From a plasmid, in sequence record OW969666.1: 64,000 nucleotides of DNA. One strand, given 5' to 3'. Below are positions 8,399 through 18,908 of the stretch, piece by piece. Made by a program: the position numbers and the translations under genes. The notes beneath the pieces are model-generated. The model saw only the letters and a program-made list of their open reading frames with translations. It was not told the DNA's origin and ran no database searches. Every line of letters starts with the position of its first letter. Position 1 is the first letter of the stretch.

Positions 8399-9220
8399 AT
8401 GGTCAGTTTCGCAAGCCGCTATCGTATGCCTGTCTCGATCCGTAAAGACCGTCCGCTGACAAATGAGGAATTACAGCTCATCGTTCCGAGCGCGTTCTCA
8501 TCGGATAAACACGATTCACGCTCTGAACGTTATACATATATCCCGACCATAAATATTCTTGACCGTTTACGTGATGAAGGGTTTCAGCCGTATTATGCAA
8601 CGCAGTCACGCACACGTGACCAGGATAAACGAGAATTTACAAAACATATGCTTCGCCTGCGTCGTCATGACCAGATTAACGGGAAAGAAGTACCGGAAAT
8701 TATTCTGCTGAATAGCCATGATGGTTCAAGCAGCTATAAAATGATCCCCGGTATGTTCCGTCAGGTTTGCAGTAATGGTCTGGTTGCATGGAAGGATTTT
8801 GGTGAAATCCGCGTACCCCACAAAGGGGATATTGTCGGGCAGGTTATTGAAGGCGCTTACACGGTGCTGAAAACATTTGACGCGGTTGATGAAAATATTG
8901 ACCTCATGAAAAGCATTCAGCTTACTTTGCCTGAGCAGCGACTTTTTGGTGCGACCGCTCTGGAACTTAAGTACGATGGAAAACCAGCGCCGATTACGCC
9001 GGAGCAAATTATTAACCCACGCCGGGTACTCGACAGAGGCCAGGATTTATGGACCACGTTTAACGTAGTACAGGAAAATGTGATCCGTGGGGGGATTCGT
9101 GGCAGAACGCAAAAAGGGAAGGTGGCCAGAACGCGGGAAGTCACCGGAATTGATGGTGACATCAAATTAAATCAGGTGCTCTGGAAAATGGCGGAGGAGT
9201 TTGCAAAACTGAAGGCCTGA
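8399..9220 (+). CDS. DUF932-like phage/plasmid protein, 273 aa
   Basis: Size and sequence character of the YfjQ/DUF932 family common beside anti-restriction genes; RBS CAGGAG. Confidence 0.65.
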   Translation: MVSFASRYRMPVSIRKDRPLTNEELQLIVPSAFSSDKHDSRSERYTYIPTINILDRLRDEGFQPYYATQSRTRDQDKREFTKHMLRLRRHDQINGKEVPEIILLNSHDGSSSYKMIPGMFRQVCSNGLVAWKDFGEIRVPHKGDIVGQVIEGAYTVLKTFDAVDENIDLMKSIQLTLPEQRLFGATALELKYDGKPAPITPEQIINPRRVLDRGQDLWTTFNVVQENVIRGGIRGRTQKGKVARTREVTGIDGDIKLNQVLWKMAEEFAKLKA

Positions 9221-9225
9221 AAATT

Positions 9226-9250
9226 AAGCCGCTCAACAGAGCGGCTTTTT
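9226..9250. terminator. Bidirectional rho-independent terminator between convergent genes
   Basis: aagccgctc-aacag-agcggctt followed by a T run. Confidence 0.7.
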
Positions 9251-9788
9251 ACTGCCCGCTATGTAACGAGGTCGTTTCCGCAATTTGCATTGCATGCTCC
9301 TTTCCCGCAGCTGGCGCCAGACGTTCAGAAAGTAGCTTTTTTCTGGCCAGCAATACACGATATATATTTTTGATATCCTGAGCATACGCCTTGCGCTGCG
9401 CAATGAGCTTTTTGCTCGGCCCCGTATTATACATCCCTACGCTGTCCCAGTTTTTTCCGTATGACCTGAAGTTGTGCGCCAGTACCCATGCACCCGTATA
9501 AACGCAGATGCATGGATCATTCAACAGTCGCTCACGGGTAATATTGAAATTTTTAAGTTTACCGTAATGGGAACTGTTCACCTGCATCCCGCAGACATCT
9601 TCTGTTCCATTCCTGTTTGATCCATTTATCGCACCCGGCTTAAGTCTGCTCTCTTTAATTGAAATTGACATAAGCAGCAGCGGATCAATTTGATAATCTT
9701 TCCCGGCCTGATCAAAGCACATCTGGGGAGCTGCGCCAGCAGACATGGAAAGGGTCAGCAATGCCGCAGGTAGTATCGATATTTTCAT
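9249..9788 (-). CDS. Lytic transglycosylase with signal peptide (F orf169/gene X-like)
   Basis: N-terminal signal peptide; Slt-domain features; position beside oriT as in F-like plasmids. Confidence 0.75.
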   Translation of the reverse strand: MKISILPAALLTLSMSAGAAPQMCFDQAGKDYQIDPLLLMSISIKESRLKPGAINGSNRNGTEDVCGMQVNSSHYGKLKNFNITRERLLNDPCICVYTGAWVLAHNFRSYGKNWDSVGMYNTGPSKKLIAQRKAYAQDIKNIYRVLLARKKLLSERLAPAAGKEHAMQIAETTSLHSGQ

Positions 9789-9949
9789 GGTTTGGCCTTT
9801 TAACGAAATACACGGGCTCTGGAGAGTCGCCTTAAAAAATACCCCGACGGATCGTCGTAATCAAGTTAATTCACTACAAACGCGCGTGAGCGCTCTCCTG
9901 AAGGGATTTAACACCCGTCCGAAATAAACATATCAGAGCAGTAGACGGT

Positions 9950-10360
9950 ATTAACACGCCGCTCTTTATTAACCCCTTAAAACATCACACCCCACGCAAG
10001 ACTTTGTCTTGCAGATTTTTCTTTTAATTTCAGGTGCATATCTGTGATAAATTTGCGCGTTATTGAAGTGTGACCGTCTAATGTCGCACACACCGACACT
10101 ACACTATCGTATAATCCTGATACCTGTTAGTGTCGGTATGTCACACATGTATCGTACAATTGTAGATATGCTTTAATTACATTGAATTATATATCGCACA
10201 GTGTCACACTGTCGCACATCCTGGTGCTGGATTGTACTACTGTACAAAACAGAGATTCGCAGCAGTATCAACCCATTACACCTTTGCACAGCATTTTGAT
10301 AAACCACCAACAGGCCATATGTAGTGTCGGTTCCGACACTAACTTAAAACAGGTAAGAAA
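9950..10360 (+). other. oriT region: putative nic site and TraM-binding palindromes
   Basis: Minus strand reads GTCTTGCGTGGGGTGT|GATG (~9983-10003), resembling the F nic region TTTGCGTGGGGTGT|GGTG; downstream palindromes TAGTGTCGG-N3-CCGACACTA (~10321-10341) and CCGACACTAC…TAGTGTCGG. Confidence 0.6.
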
Positions 10361-10361
10361 T

Positions 10362-10757
10362 ATGGGAAGAGTCGGTATCTACCTTAAAGATAAAATTGAA
10401 CGCGAGGTTCGCGATATTATTCAACAAGACCTGCAAAACGGTGCCACCGCAGGAGAAGCAAACATGTCAGCCACCTGCAACGAATTAATCAGGCTTGGGC
10501 TTCTGGTTTATAAACGCGATGGCGAGGATGGCAATCATTTCGATATAGAAGGATACCGAAGGGACCTCATAAGAAAAGCAGCAGGTTCACGCGAAGGTAC
10601 AGTTCTTATTGCCACACTACTTGCTGAGATGTATTTAAAAATGACAGGAAAAGATGGCGAAGGAAGGTTGGAAGATACACTTGATATGATTTTAAACGGC
10701 ATAAACACAGCCGAGGATGAGGCGGAAACAAGACACTTCATCAACGAAAAGAAATAA
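10362..10757 (+). CDS. traM: TraM relaxosome accessory protein, 131 aa
   Basis: MGRVGIYLKDKIEREVRDII…NMSATCNELIRLGLLV aligns with F TraM MAKVNLYISNDAYEKINAII…VSFSATASMLLELGLRV; RBS AGGTAAG. Confidence 0.75.
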   Translation: MGRVGIYLKDKIEREVRDIIQQDLQNGATAGEANMSATCNELIRLGLLVYKRDGEDGNHFDIEGYRRDLIRKAAGSREGTVLIATLLAEMYLKMTGKDGEGRLEDTLDMILNGINTAEDEAETRHFINEKK

Positions 10758-10789
10758 ATCCACGAGCCGGAAACCCCGGCTCGAATCGA

Positions 10790-11476
10790 TCACTGGGATG
10801 ACTTTTCATCCCACGGAAGGTCACTTTTCTCCACCTCTCTTATTTTTTCCTTCAGAAACACCTCGAACTCCATACAAAGAACTTTAAGCGCCTGCGCATC
10901 CTCGTTCTGGTCAAGTAACCTTTCCGTAAAATAACCCAGCGTATTCATCAGACGGGTAAGCATTTCGTCATTAAGACTACGGTTATGAACCTTCGCCATC
11001 GCCCTGATTTCATCCGCGAGATTCTCAGGAATACGCATGCTGTAGCCAGTTGTTTTCCCTGGAAGTAAAATTCTTTCACCCTCACGCCACACCCACAACT
11101 GCTCCTGTTTGGGCGGGACTTTAACATCTTCCGCAACATCAACGGATTCACCATCAAGTAATTTCCCCAGCCACTCCTCAAATTTCACCGCCAGTGCAAT
11201 GAGACGCTCACCCTCCGCATTTTTAATGACAGGCTTGCCTGGCTGGTAATTCAGCGACAATAAAAGCCTGGCAATAATTTCCTCATTCACGCTTCTGTTG
11301 CCAGCTCTGGCACATATTCTCAGCTCCATAAGCAGATTATCCGGAGCACGCAACCGCCACTCCACCGCTTCACCTGGCTGGAACTTACGTGGACGGCCGC
11401 GACCATCCAACAATTTCTCTTTAACTTTCATAGCTATAGATCCCGGAGGCCATTTCCATACTTTCTGGTCAACCAA
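10790..11476 (-). CDS. Tandem Arc/MetJ-type ribbon-helix-helix DNA-binding protein, 228 aa
   Basis: Two copies of the motif R-S-(V/L)-N-(E/D)-E-(I/M)-x-x-R-L; antisense to the tra operon where traJ/traY would be expected. Confidence 0.55.
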   Translation of the reverse strand: MVDQKVWKWPPGSIAMKVKEKLLDGRGRPRKFQPGEAVEWRLRAPDNLLMELRICARAGNRSVNEEIIARLLLSLNYQPGKPVIKNAEGERLIALAVKFEEWLGKLLDGESVDVAEDVKVPPKQEQLWVWREGERILLPGKTTGYSMRIPENLADEIRAMAKVHNRSLNDEMLTRLMNTLGYFTERLLDQNEDAQALKVLCMEFEVFLKEKIREVEKSDLPWDEKSSQ

Positions 11477-11627
11477 GCCTACTCACTTACATATTCGGAT
11501 AAATCTGAATGATTCCAAAAAGTGTGACATGTGTCACAGTTTTTTTTTTTTAGGGTCATGGGAAAATTGCGCCCGCGTAAACAAGCACTTACGCGAGTCA
11601 CTTTTGTTTACTTCGGAGAAAACAATC

Positions 11628-11981
11628 ATGTTAACCAAAGGCAGTGCCCTTAACGTCGGTAAGGGATGGGCGGTAGCGTCTTTATTCCGCAAAGCACGCG
11701 AAAATCGCCAGGCTAAATTTTACTTAAAGTCAGCAGGCGCTTTTTTAATTGCACTTATGGTCACTCACCCGGCATTTGCCGGCGGAACCGACCTTCTTTC
11801 CTCACAGAACACCACGGTTAATTCCACCTTCGGCTCTGGCTCTTCATTGATTAAATGGTTCTATATCGCCGAAATCATCATGGGCCTGTTTATTTACATC
11901 AAGGCCCGCTCACCGCTGGTATTCGTCGGTATCGTAATGGCAATCATCTTTACCCGTGTCGCCTTCGGCATCGCGAGTTAA
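11628..11981 (+). CDS. traA: F-type propilin TraA
   Basis: …LSSQNTTVNSTFGSGSSLIKWFYIAEIIMGLFIYI… aligns with F TraA …LMASGNTTVKATFGKDSSVVKWVVLAEVLVGAVMYM…; RBS GGAGA. Confidence 0.75.
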   Translation: MLTKGSALNVGKGWAVASLFRKARENRQAKFYLKSAGAFLIALMVTHPAFAGGTDLLSSQNTTVNSTFGSGSSLIKWFYIAEIIMGLFIYIKARSPLVFVGIVMAIIFTRVAFGIAS

Positions 11982-11984
11982 ACG

Positions 11985-12287
11985 ATGAATGGGGAAGAAG
12001 ATAAATATAACTTCCCGGAAACAATGAACCAGCAGGACCGCTATTTTGGCTTGCCAGTTGATGAGTTAATTGTTACCGCACCCCTTCTCATTCTGGGGGT
12101 GCTTAACAATCTGTCAGTTGAACTTGGCGTTATAGCGGGAATCCTCTGGTTCATCGTCAGATATCTGAAAAAAGGGCAGGGGTCGTACTGGTTACTTAAT
12201 TTCTGTTACTGGCACCTGCCATCACTTTTATTCAAAGTAACCTTTCGCCAGATACCTGATTCTAGTTTCCGGCACTGGAGGGCATAG
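11985..12287 (+). CDS. traL: TraL pilus assembly protein
   Basis: 100 aa membrane protein directly after traA in F gene order. Confidence 0.65.
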   Translation: MNGEEDKYNFPETMNQQDRYFGLPVDELIVTAPLLILGVLNNLSVELGVIAGILWFIVRYLKKGQGSYWLLNFCYWHLPSLLFKVTFRQIPDSSFRHWRA

Positions 12288-12292
12288 TTTTC

Positions 12293-12874
12293 ATGAAACT
12301 GAATATTAAAGGAGAGCGCGATAAACAACTCCGCTATGCGTTTATTGGTCTTTCAGCTTTAACTTTACTTATGGGGGCAGGCAACGTACTGACAGGTTCG
12401 CTTGCATGGTATTTTGCCACCACCCAGAAAACCATTACCACACCATTAACATTTAACCGCCCCTTCGCATCAGATTCAAAAGGTGTCGATGCCCCAGGCC
12501 TGACACAATTCGCCGCCTCCTTTATTTACTGGCGACTGAACGTCACCCCGGAAAACATCGACAACAACCAGAAAATGATTCTTGGATTCGTCCCTTCCGA
12601 CGAACGGGACGAACTCAAGAAAGCTCTGGATATTGAAGCTGAACGCATAAGGAAAGCAGGCATCTCCACTCAGTTCGACACGAAAGAAATTCGCGTCATG
12701 GATGATGGCTCCGTGCAGTACAGCGGAGTTCTGAAATCCTCCACCACTAACGGCGTAATCATCACGCCATTAAAAGACCAGGAAAAAACCTACCGCCTGA
12801 AACTGAGTTATGAGAACGGTGTGATTAACCTCCACAGCTTCGAAGAACTCCAGCCGGTATCCACCACCAACTAA
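12293..12874 (+). CDS. traE: TraE pilus assembly protein
   Basis: 193 aa with N-terminal TM helix, in F gene order. Confidence 0.7.
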   Translation: MKLNIKGERDKQLRYAFIGLSALTLLMGAGNVLTGSLAWYFATTQKTITTPLTFNRPFASDSKGVDAPGLTQFAASFIYWRLNVTPENIDNNQKMILGFVPSDERDELKKALDIEAERIRKAGISTQFDTKEIRVMDDGSVQYSGVLKSSTTNGVIITPLKDQEKTYRLKLSYENGVINLHSFEELQPVSTTN

Positions 12875-12885
12875 CAGGACTGCCC

Positions 12886-13626
12886 ATGAAATTTCGTATT
12901 TCACCGGCAGCTGCTGCTGTGTTTCTGGCAGCGGGATTATTTAACAGCGGCCTCCGGGCCGCTTCCGCACCCGCAGCCATTCCGTTTGAGAACGACGCCG
13001 CCTTTAACGTCACTCTCAGCAACACCAACCCGAGCAAGGTTGTTGTCGACGGAGAACTCATTACCAGCATCAGCGGACCAACCGGTGCCTATGACCAGAG
13101 CCAGACCGACGACGGAGCACTCATTCTGTCTCCACTTGTCAGCCAGAACTTCACGCTGTTTATTCAGACCGATCGCGGCTCATCCCTGAGCCTTAACATC
13201 AGGCCGCAGCCAGGTAACGGGAAAACACTGCGCTTCACTCCGATGTCGCCACCACTTCGCAAGAACGACGATGCGAAGACATGGGAAGAAGGGCAGACCT
13301 ACGAAAAAACACTGGTCGCACTGTCCCGCGCCGTAGTCAACGGTCAGGTGCCGGACGACTACCAGGAGTATCCGGTCAGCCGCATGCCTGCATACACACC
13401 CGCCAGTGATGTACGCCTGACACCGGAACGCCAGTTTGTTGGTAACCACCTGCGCGTTGTGCGCTACCGGATGAGCAACCCTGGCAGCATCACCCGCAGC
13501 CTGCGCGAGCGCGATTTCTGGCACAAGGGCGTCCGGGCCGTGATGCTGTCGCAGAACCAGCTTTATGCCGGTGGCGAAGGCTACGCCTGGATTGTGTTTT
13601 CAGATGACGGAGACACCCGCCCATGA
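12886..13626 (+). CDS. traK: TraK (secretin-like T4SS component)
   Basis: 246 aa with signal peptide, in F gene order. Confidence 0.7.
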   Translation: MKFRISPAAAAVFLAAGLFNSGLRAASAPAAIPFENDAAFNVTLSNTNPSKVVVDGELITSISGPTGAYDQSQTDDGALILSPLVSQNFTLFIQTDRGSSLSLNIRPQPGNGKTLRFTPMSPPLRKNDDAKTWEEGQTYEKTLVALSRAVVNGQVPDDYQEYPVSRMPAYTPASDVRLTPERQFVGNHLRVVRYRMSNPGSITRSLRERDFWHKGVRAVMLSQNQLYAGGEGYAWIVFSDDGDTRP

Positions 13627-14120
13627 GTCTGAATAAAAACCTGAAAACCCGGCGCAAACAGCTGGCCATTCTTGCCGCCGTTATCACGGGAGGCGCCGCC
13701 GCCACGAGCGGCGTTATCTGGTACGGGCAACATCAGCAGGAACAGAAACAGCCCGCGCCGGTCGCCACCCCAAACATGACCGGTGTGGTCACGGCAGCGT
13801 TTAACCAGCAGGTTAATGATGCCGCACTGGCACAGCAGCAGGCCAAGACCTCCGCACTTGAGGACAGGCTCGCCACGCTCACCCAGCAGTTTGCACAGAA
13901 CAAGCTCACCACCGAGCAACAACTGGCCAAAAAGGATGAAGAAATTCAGCGCCTGAATGACCAGCTAACGAAAGCCCCCGGCAGCAAAACGACCACTGGC
14001 CAGCAGACACCACCTGCCGGACAGAACGGAACACCACTCCCCGGTCCCGTTGCTGCCGGTCAGGCCCGGCCAGTGGCTGGATGCGGAGTTCAGCGCCATT
14101 TCGGATGCCGTTCTTCGTGA
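13623..14120 (+). pseudogene. traB: traB 5' remnant (about 150 of ~475 codons), then unrelated sequence
   Basis: N-terminus (TM helix, Q-rich and coiled region, proline-rich linker) parallels F TraB; frame ends at 14120 and no TraB C-terminal domain is found in any frame. Confidence 0.65.
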
Positions 14121-14170
14121 TGGGCGCCAGCCACATTCCGGCGACACCATTAACTAAGGAGGCACTGCAT

Positions 14171-14659
14171 ATGTCGTATAAAACCAGGCTGGATGTTATC
14201 GAAGAAGACCTGAACAAATGGCGTGCCGGGAAAAAGATTTACAAGTACCGGCGGTTTTTGATGCCCACAGCGCTCGCACTTCTGCCTTGCAGTATTTTTC
14301 TCTACGGTGTTTTTCATAATAAGGCTGTATTTGTCGTTCTGGGCTTCATGCTCGCCTTCCTCCTGTTCCGGCTCTTTACAGGAAAAGAAGATACCCCGGA
14401 CACCTGGGAGGATCGAATCAATCAGGCATTGCTGTCCTACAGCCCAATGAATCAGGACGCGTTCGAAAAACTGTGCCGCACCGTAAATGAGAAGAGGGCA
14501 ATAGAGCCTGATGATGTTGCTGTATGGCTCAAGGACGAAAAAGAAGCACGTGCGCTTTTCAGGCGTCAGCGAGATGAACGGCAACGCTACAGTTTCACTA
14601 AATGGCTGGATAAACGGGAGTCTGACCAGAAAGCTGAATGTAATGAGGAGGACAAATGA
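14171..14659 (+). CDS. Hypothetical membrane protein, 162 aa, in the traP position
   Basis: Strong RBS TAAGGAGG; hydrophobic segment. Confidence 0.5.
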   Translation: MSYKTRLDVIEEDLNKWRAGKKIYKYRRFLMPTALALLPCSIFLYGVFHNKAVFVVLGFMLAFLLFRLFTGKEDTPDTWEDRINQALLSYSPMNQDAFEKLCRTVNEKRAIEPDDVAVWLKDEKEARALFRRQRDERQRYSFTKWLDKRESDQKAECNEEDK

Positions 14660-14713
14660 AGCGCACAACCGCAGTTGTGCTGATTCAGTACCCCTCATCT
14701 TGCTACCGCCGGG

Positions 14714-14944
14714 ATGGGCAGCGCACTGGACTCTTTATTTGGGTCTGCGACCGGGCGCGGTGAAGAAAGCTTCCAGGTGGCAAAGAAAAAGGCCCTCGCT
14801 GATAAAGACCCCTGGCATGCCTGGCTGGAATTGTCTGCCAGTGACCCGGGCGATATCTCCAGCGATATCCGAGAACAATACAGCGAGCTGGCAGCTTCAC
14901 TGGTTCTGAGCGCAACCCGGAAAAATAACGGTCAACGTAATTAA
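14714..14944 (+). CDS. Hypothetical small protein, 76 aa
   Basis: ORF only. Confidence 0.3.
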   Translation: MGSALDSLFGSATGRGEESFQVAKKKALADKDPWHAWLELSASDPGDISSDIREQYSELAASLVLSATRKNNGQRN

Positions 14945-15009
14945 TTTGTACCAGAACCTTCTCATTCGTTTTTCACCACAACCCTGAAATTCCAACCGGA
15001 GTTACCCCC

Positions 15010-15243
15010 ATGAAAAAACTACTGGGTGCTGCACTGCTGTGCAGCGCACTGACCGGCTGCGCCGGTCTCAATTCTGATTTCGACTGTAACAAGACCGCGA
15101 CCGATCAGTGCCTGACCACCGGTGAGGCCAATAAGCTGGACACGGACGATAACTTTCATCAGCCGGCTGTGGTCGAGTTCGTGAAAAACAAATCCCACTG
15201 GGATGAAGAAAGCTACCGCGTTATCGGGGAGGGTGGGGAATGA
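15010..15243 (+). CDS. traV: TraV-like lipoprotein, short form (77 aa versus ~171 in F)
   Basis: LTGCAGLNSDFDCNKTATDQC and FHQPAVVEFV match the F TraV N- and C-terminal motifs; central region absent. Confidence 0.6.
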   Translation: MKKLLGAALLCSALTGCAGLNSDFDCNKTATDQCLTTGEANKLDTDDNFHQPAVVEFVKNKSHWDEESYRVIGEGGE

Positions 15244-18200
15244 GCAGCCACTACGTTTCCGGCAGGAACGGCATCGATCATCCGGTGAAATCATTCACCC
15301 ATACACGGAAAGGAACGGCGCAAATCACCGCCACACAGTCAGTCGATACCGACGATGAAACGCTGGCCGTTCTGAGCGTGAGCTGTGGTTGGCAGATTAA
15401 GACTGCCGGTGATGCAGCGCACACCGGGCAGATGAACGAAGAGAAACTGCGTCGCCTGGAATTAATCCGGGCCGCTGCGGAGGGTCGAAAATGAGTTTTG
15501 TCGACAACCTGATGGATATGCTGAAAAACGGGAAAGAGGAAGACGGTGCCGCTACGGCCCGCGAGAATCTTTCCCAGACAGCCGGTCTGGCTCGACAGCA
15601 AAACGCGCCGCATGCCCGGTTCATACCGTCCCGGCATGGTGCTTGAAGATCGCGCGGACGCAAAAGAGCGTAAGTCCTATGTGATTGACCGGGTGCATGA
15701 GGATACGCGAGTCCTCTCGCTCATCGATGGTGATGGCGTGCTGACCCGGATGAAAATCGGTGATATCAGCGCTGACTGGCGTCTCTTCAGCCGTGAAACC
15801 CTCAGCGTGGCCACCGGCGAAAAACTGCTGTCCGTGGCGGGCGACCGCGAGCACAGCCTGAAGGCCAAAGATCGTCTTGAGGTGACCGGGATAAGTGAAA
15901 AGGGGATTGAGGTGAAACGGGGGGAAGACACCCTGACGCTGCCAAAAGACCAGCCGCTCTATCTGTCACATGCTTACGTGACCGCGCCGGGTGGACGGGA
16001 TAACGACACCGGGGTGGTCCTGGCCGCGCTGAACAGCCGCGACATATCGACCCAGACCATGAACTCATTGGCACAGAGTGGCCACCGGGCGGAAGTGTTC
16101 ACAGCCGAAGTACAGGACCGGGCTGAAGCCCGGCTGCAGCGCATGAAGACAAATGCCTCTCCCGTGCAGCTGGTCAGAAACCTGAGCGGTCACCAGGACA
16201 TCAGTCAGGCGGTTGATTCACTACATGACAGAGTCCGGACTGACGCGGGCCTGGCCGTCTGGCGTGCCATTAACGACCAGCGCACCGTGGTGATCAGCGA
16301 GCTTAAGCTGGCGACGGAAGCGCAGAAATATCATCCCGACCTTGAAGCCATCGGGAATGAAATTGGCGCGATGATTAAAAATGGCGAGCTGTTGTCCGTA
16401 TCCGCAGGGGGAGAGCCGGTACTGGTTTCCCGGTCCACCTGGGAGATGGAGAAAGCCATTCTGCGTGTGGTGGAGGAAGGGAAAGGTACGCAGCAGCCGT
16501 TGCTGGAACAGGTACCGGAGGCCGTGCTGAACGGCCTGACGGATGGACAGAAAAAGGCGACCACCCTGGTGCTGGGTACCACGGATCAGTTTATCGGGAT
16601 TCAGGGCTATGCTGGCGTGGGGAAAACCACTCAACTGAAGGCGGTGATATCTGCACTGGAGACCCTACCGGCGGACGTTCGTCCGGTGATGACGGGGCTT
16701 GCTCCTACGCACCAGGCGGTGAAAGAAATGAGCGACGTCGGTGTCCGGGCGCAGACCATCAAATCCTTTGTCGTTGAGCATGACCAGGCGACGGCCGGAG
16801 GCGGGAAGCCTGACTATAAAGGACAGGTGTTTCTTATCGATGAGTCATCAATGGCAGGCAACCAGGATACGGCGGCACTGTTCCAGGCCATTGCCAGCGG
16901 CGGCGGACGTGCAGTCTCGATGGGGGATATCGACCAGTTTGAAGCGGTCGACGTGGGCGCGCCGTTTAAGCTGATGCAGGAGCGCAGCCCGATGGATGTG
17001 GCCATCATGAAGCAAATCGTCCGTCAGAAAGACCTGCAGCTGCGCGGCGCCGTTCACGACATCATTGATAACCGGATCGATGCGGCCCTGCAGCGGATTG
17101 AAACCCAGCCGGCTGACCGCGTGGCGCGTAGCGCTTCAGCCGCGCTCCCGGAGAGTGCGATTCAGGAAACGGAAACGCCTGTTAACGACATCGTGGCTGA
17201 CTGGAAGGACCGGACACCGGAGGCGCGGTCCCGTACGCTCATCATTGCGCAGCTGAACGCCGACCGTAAGGCGATAAATGCCGGCATCCATGCCACGCTG
17301 GCAGCGCGGGGAGAACTGGGGGAGAAGGCCATTAAGGTGCCTGTGCTCGATAAAATCACCCATACCCGCCATGCGTTCAATAAAACAGAGGCCTGGGAGC
17401 CGGGAATGGTGGTTAAACGCGGTGACCGCTACCAGGATGTGGTGGCCGTTGACCGTAACGGCAGCACGGTGACGGTACGTGATGAGGAAGGGAAGATTGC
17501 TCTGGTTTCACCGAAGGAGCTGATCACCGGTGACGTGCAGCTGTTTCGCCGCAGCGAGATGGAAGTCCGTTCCGGCGATCTGCTTAAGTTCACGGCGACC
17601 GATCGCGAACAGGGGCAGATGGCCAACCAGCGCTATACGGTGGAGTCGGTCAGCGAGGAGGGGAATATCCGTCTGAAGGGGGAGAACGGTCGCGTCACCA
17701 TCAATCCGGAGAAGGTCCGGGCGCAGCAGCATCTCGACTACGGCTGGGCCGTCACCGGCTACGGCGCACAGGGGGCCAGTAGCGATTATGTCATTGCGCT
17801 TGAGGGCACGAAAGACGGACGTAAGGCACTGGCTTCCCGTCGTGCCTTCTACATTTCAGCCTCACGCGTGAAAGAGCACGTCCAGATATACACCGACGGG
17901 AAAGCGGACTGGGTTAAGGCGGTAAAAACGCCGGAGCGTGATATCAAAACGGCGCACGATGCGCTGGCACCAGAAACGCAGCGCAAACAGGCGAAAGCCA
18001 TCTGGGCAATGGGGCAGCCGGTGAATAAAACGGCCATCGGTCGCGCCTGGGTGCGCCATCAGGGCATGCAGGATGCGTCACTGACGGCAAAAATCATCCC
18101 GGCCACCCGGCGCTTTCCTGAACCGGCGCTGGCGCTGCCGGTGTATGACAACAATGGCAGGAGTGCGGGCCTGGCCCTGGTTTCCCTGGTTGCCAGCCCG

Positions 18201-18881
18201 GAAGGACGGATGACGCAGGGTGAGACCCGGATGGTCATGACAGAACGCGCCCGTGGCGCCGTGCTGCAGCGGAGTCAGTCCGGAAACACGATAGTGGCCA
18301 GCGACCTGACGGCTGCACTCGATGCAGTACGAAATAATCCAAAGGACGGCGTGGTCTGGCAAACCGGTGATGAACCACCTTCAGCATGGCTGCTTAAGGT
18401 AAGCGGTGGGACAAAACAGGATGTGTCACCAGGTATTGTCTCCACGCTGACGGACGAACAGAGCGTACAGCAGCTGCGTGAGCAAATGCTGGCAGACCTG
18501 GTTCGCAATGAAGAAGCCAGTCGGAGCAGGCAGCCGGAGTCGTTGCTAGCGGAAGTTCCACAGGAAGAGGTGATCAGACTGAAACCGGAAGACATTAACC
18601 CGCGTAAACCGGAACCACTCAACCCAGATGCAGATGTAATCGCCAGGGTGAGAGGTGAGGAAAACACCGATGGACGGGAAATAAAAGCCGCTGCAGGCGT
18701 CAGAAGTGAGCTGGAAGGTGCTGACAAGGCATCCGGTGAACAGTCGCGGGCATCGCGTGTGATTGCAGATCTGGCAAACGCGGAACGCGACATGCTCAGG
18801 GCGGCAGAAAATACTGAACGCGGCCGCACGCCGGAGCGTGAAGAACAGACTCTCACCCGAACCATTCAGAAAGAACGTTAA
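15240..18881 (+). pseudogene. traI: traI remnant: relaxase domain deleted, 5' part frameshifted, helicase and C-terminal region intact as a 1111-aa ORF from 15546
   Basis: PVWLDSKTRR…YRPGMV… aligns with F TraI from about residue 630; GYAGVGKTTQ and ESSMAGN helicase motifs present; weak TraI similarity continues upstream in two other frames (15240-15494, 15491-15650); no N-terminal relaxase sequence anywhere. Confidence 0.75.
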
Positions 18882-18908
18882 TCCCCTTTTGACCATGAGA
18901 ATCAATCT

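Noticed and set aside
10182-10361. N-terminal 60-codon extension of the traM ORF
   Set aside because: It runs through the oriT palindromes and has no RBS. The TraM homology and RBS begin at 10362.
11298-11627. Upstream extension of the traA ORF across the T12 run
   Set aside because: Pilin homology and the RBS begin at 11628. The extension is promoter DNA.
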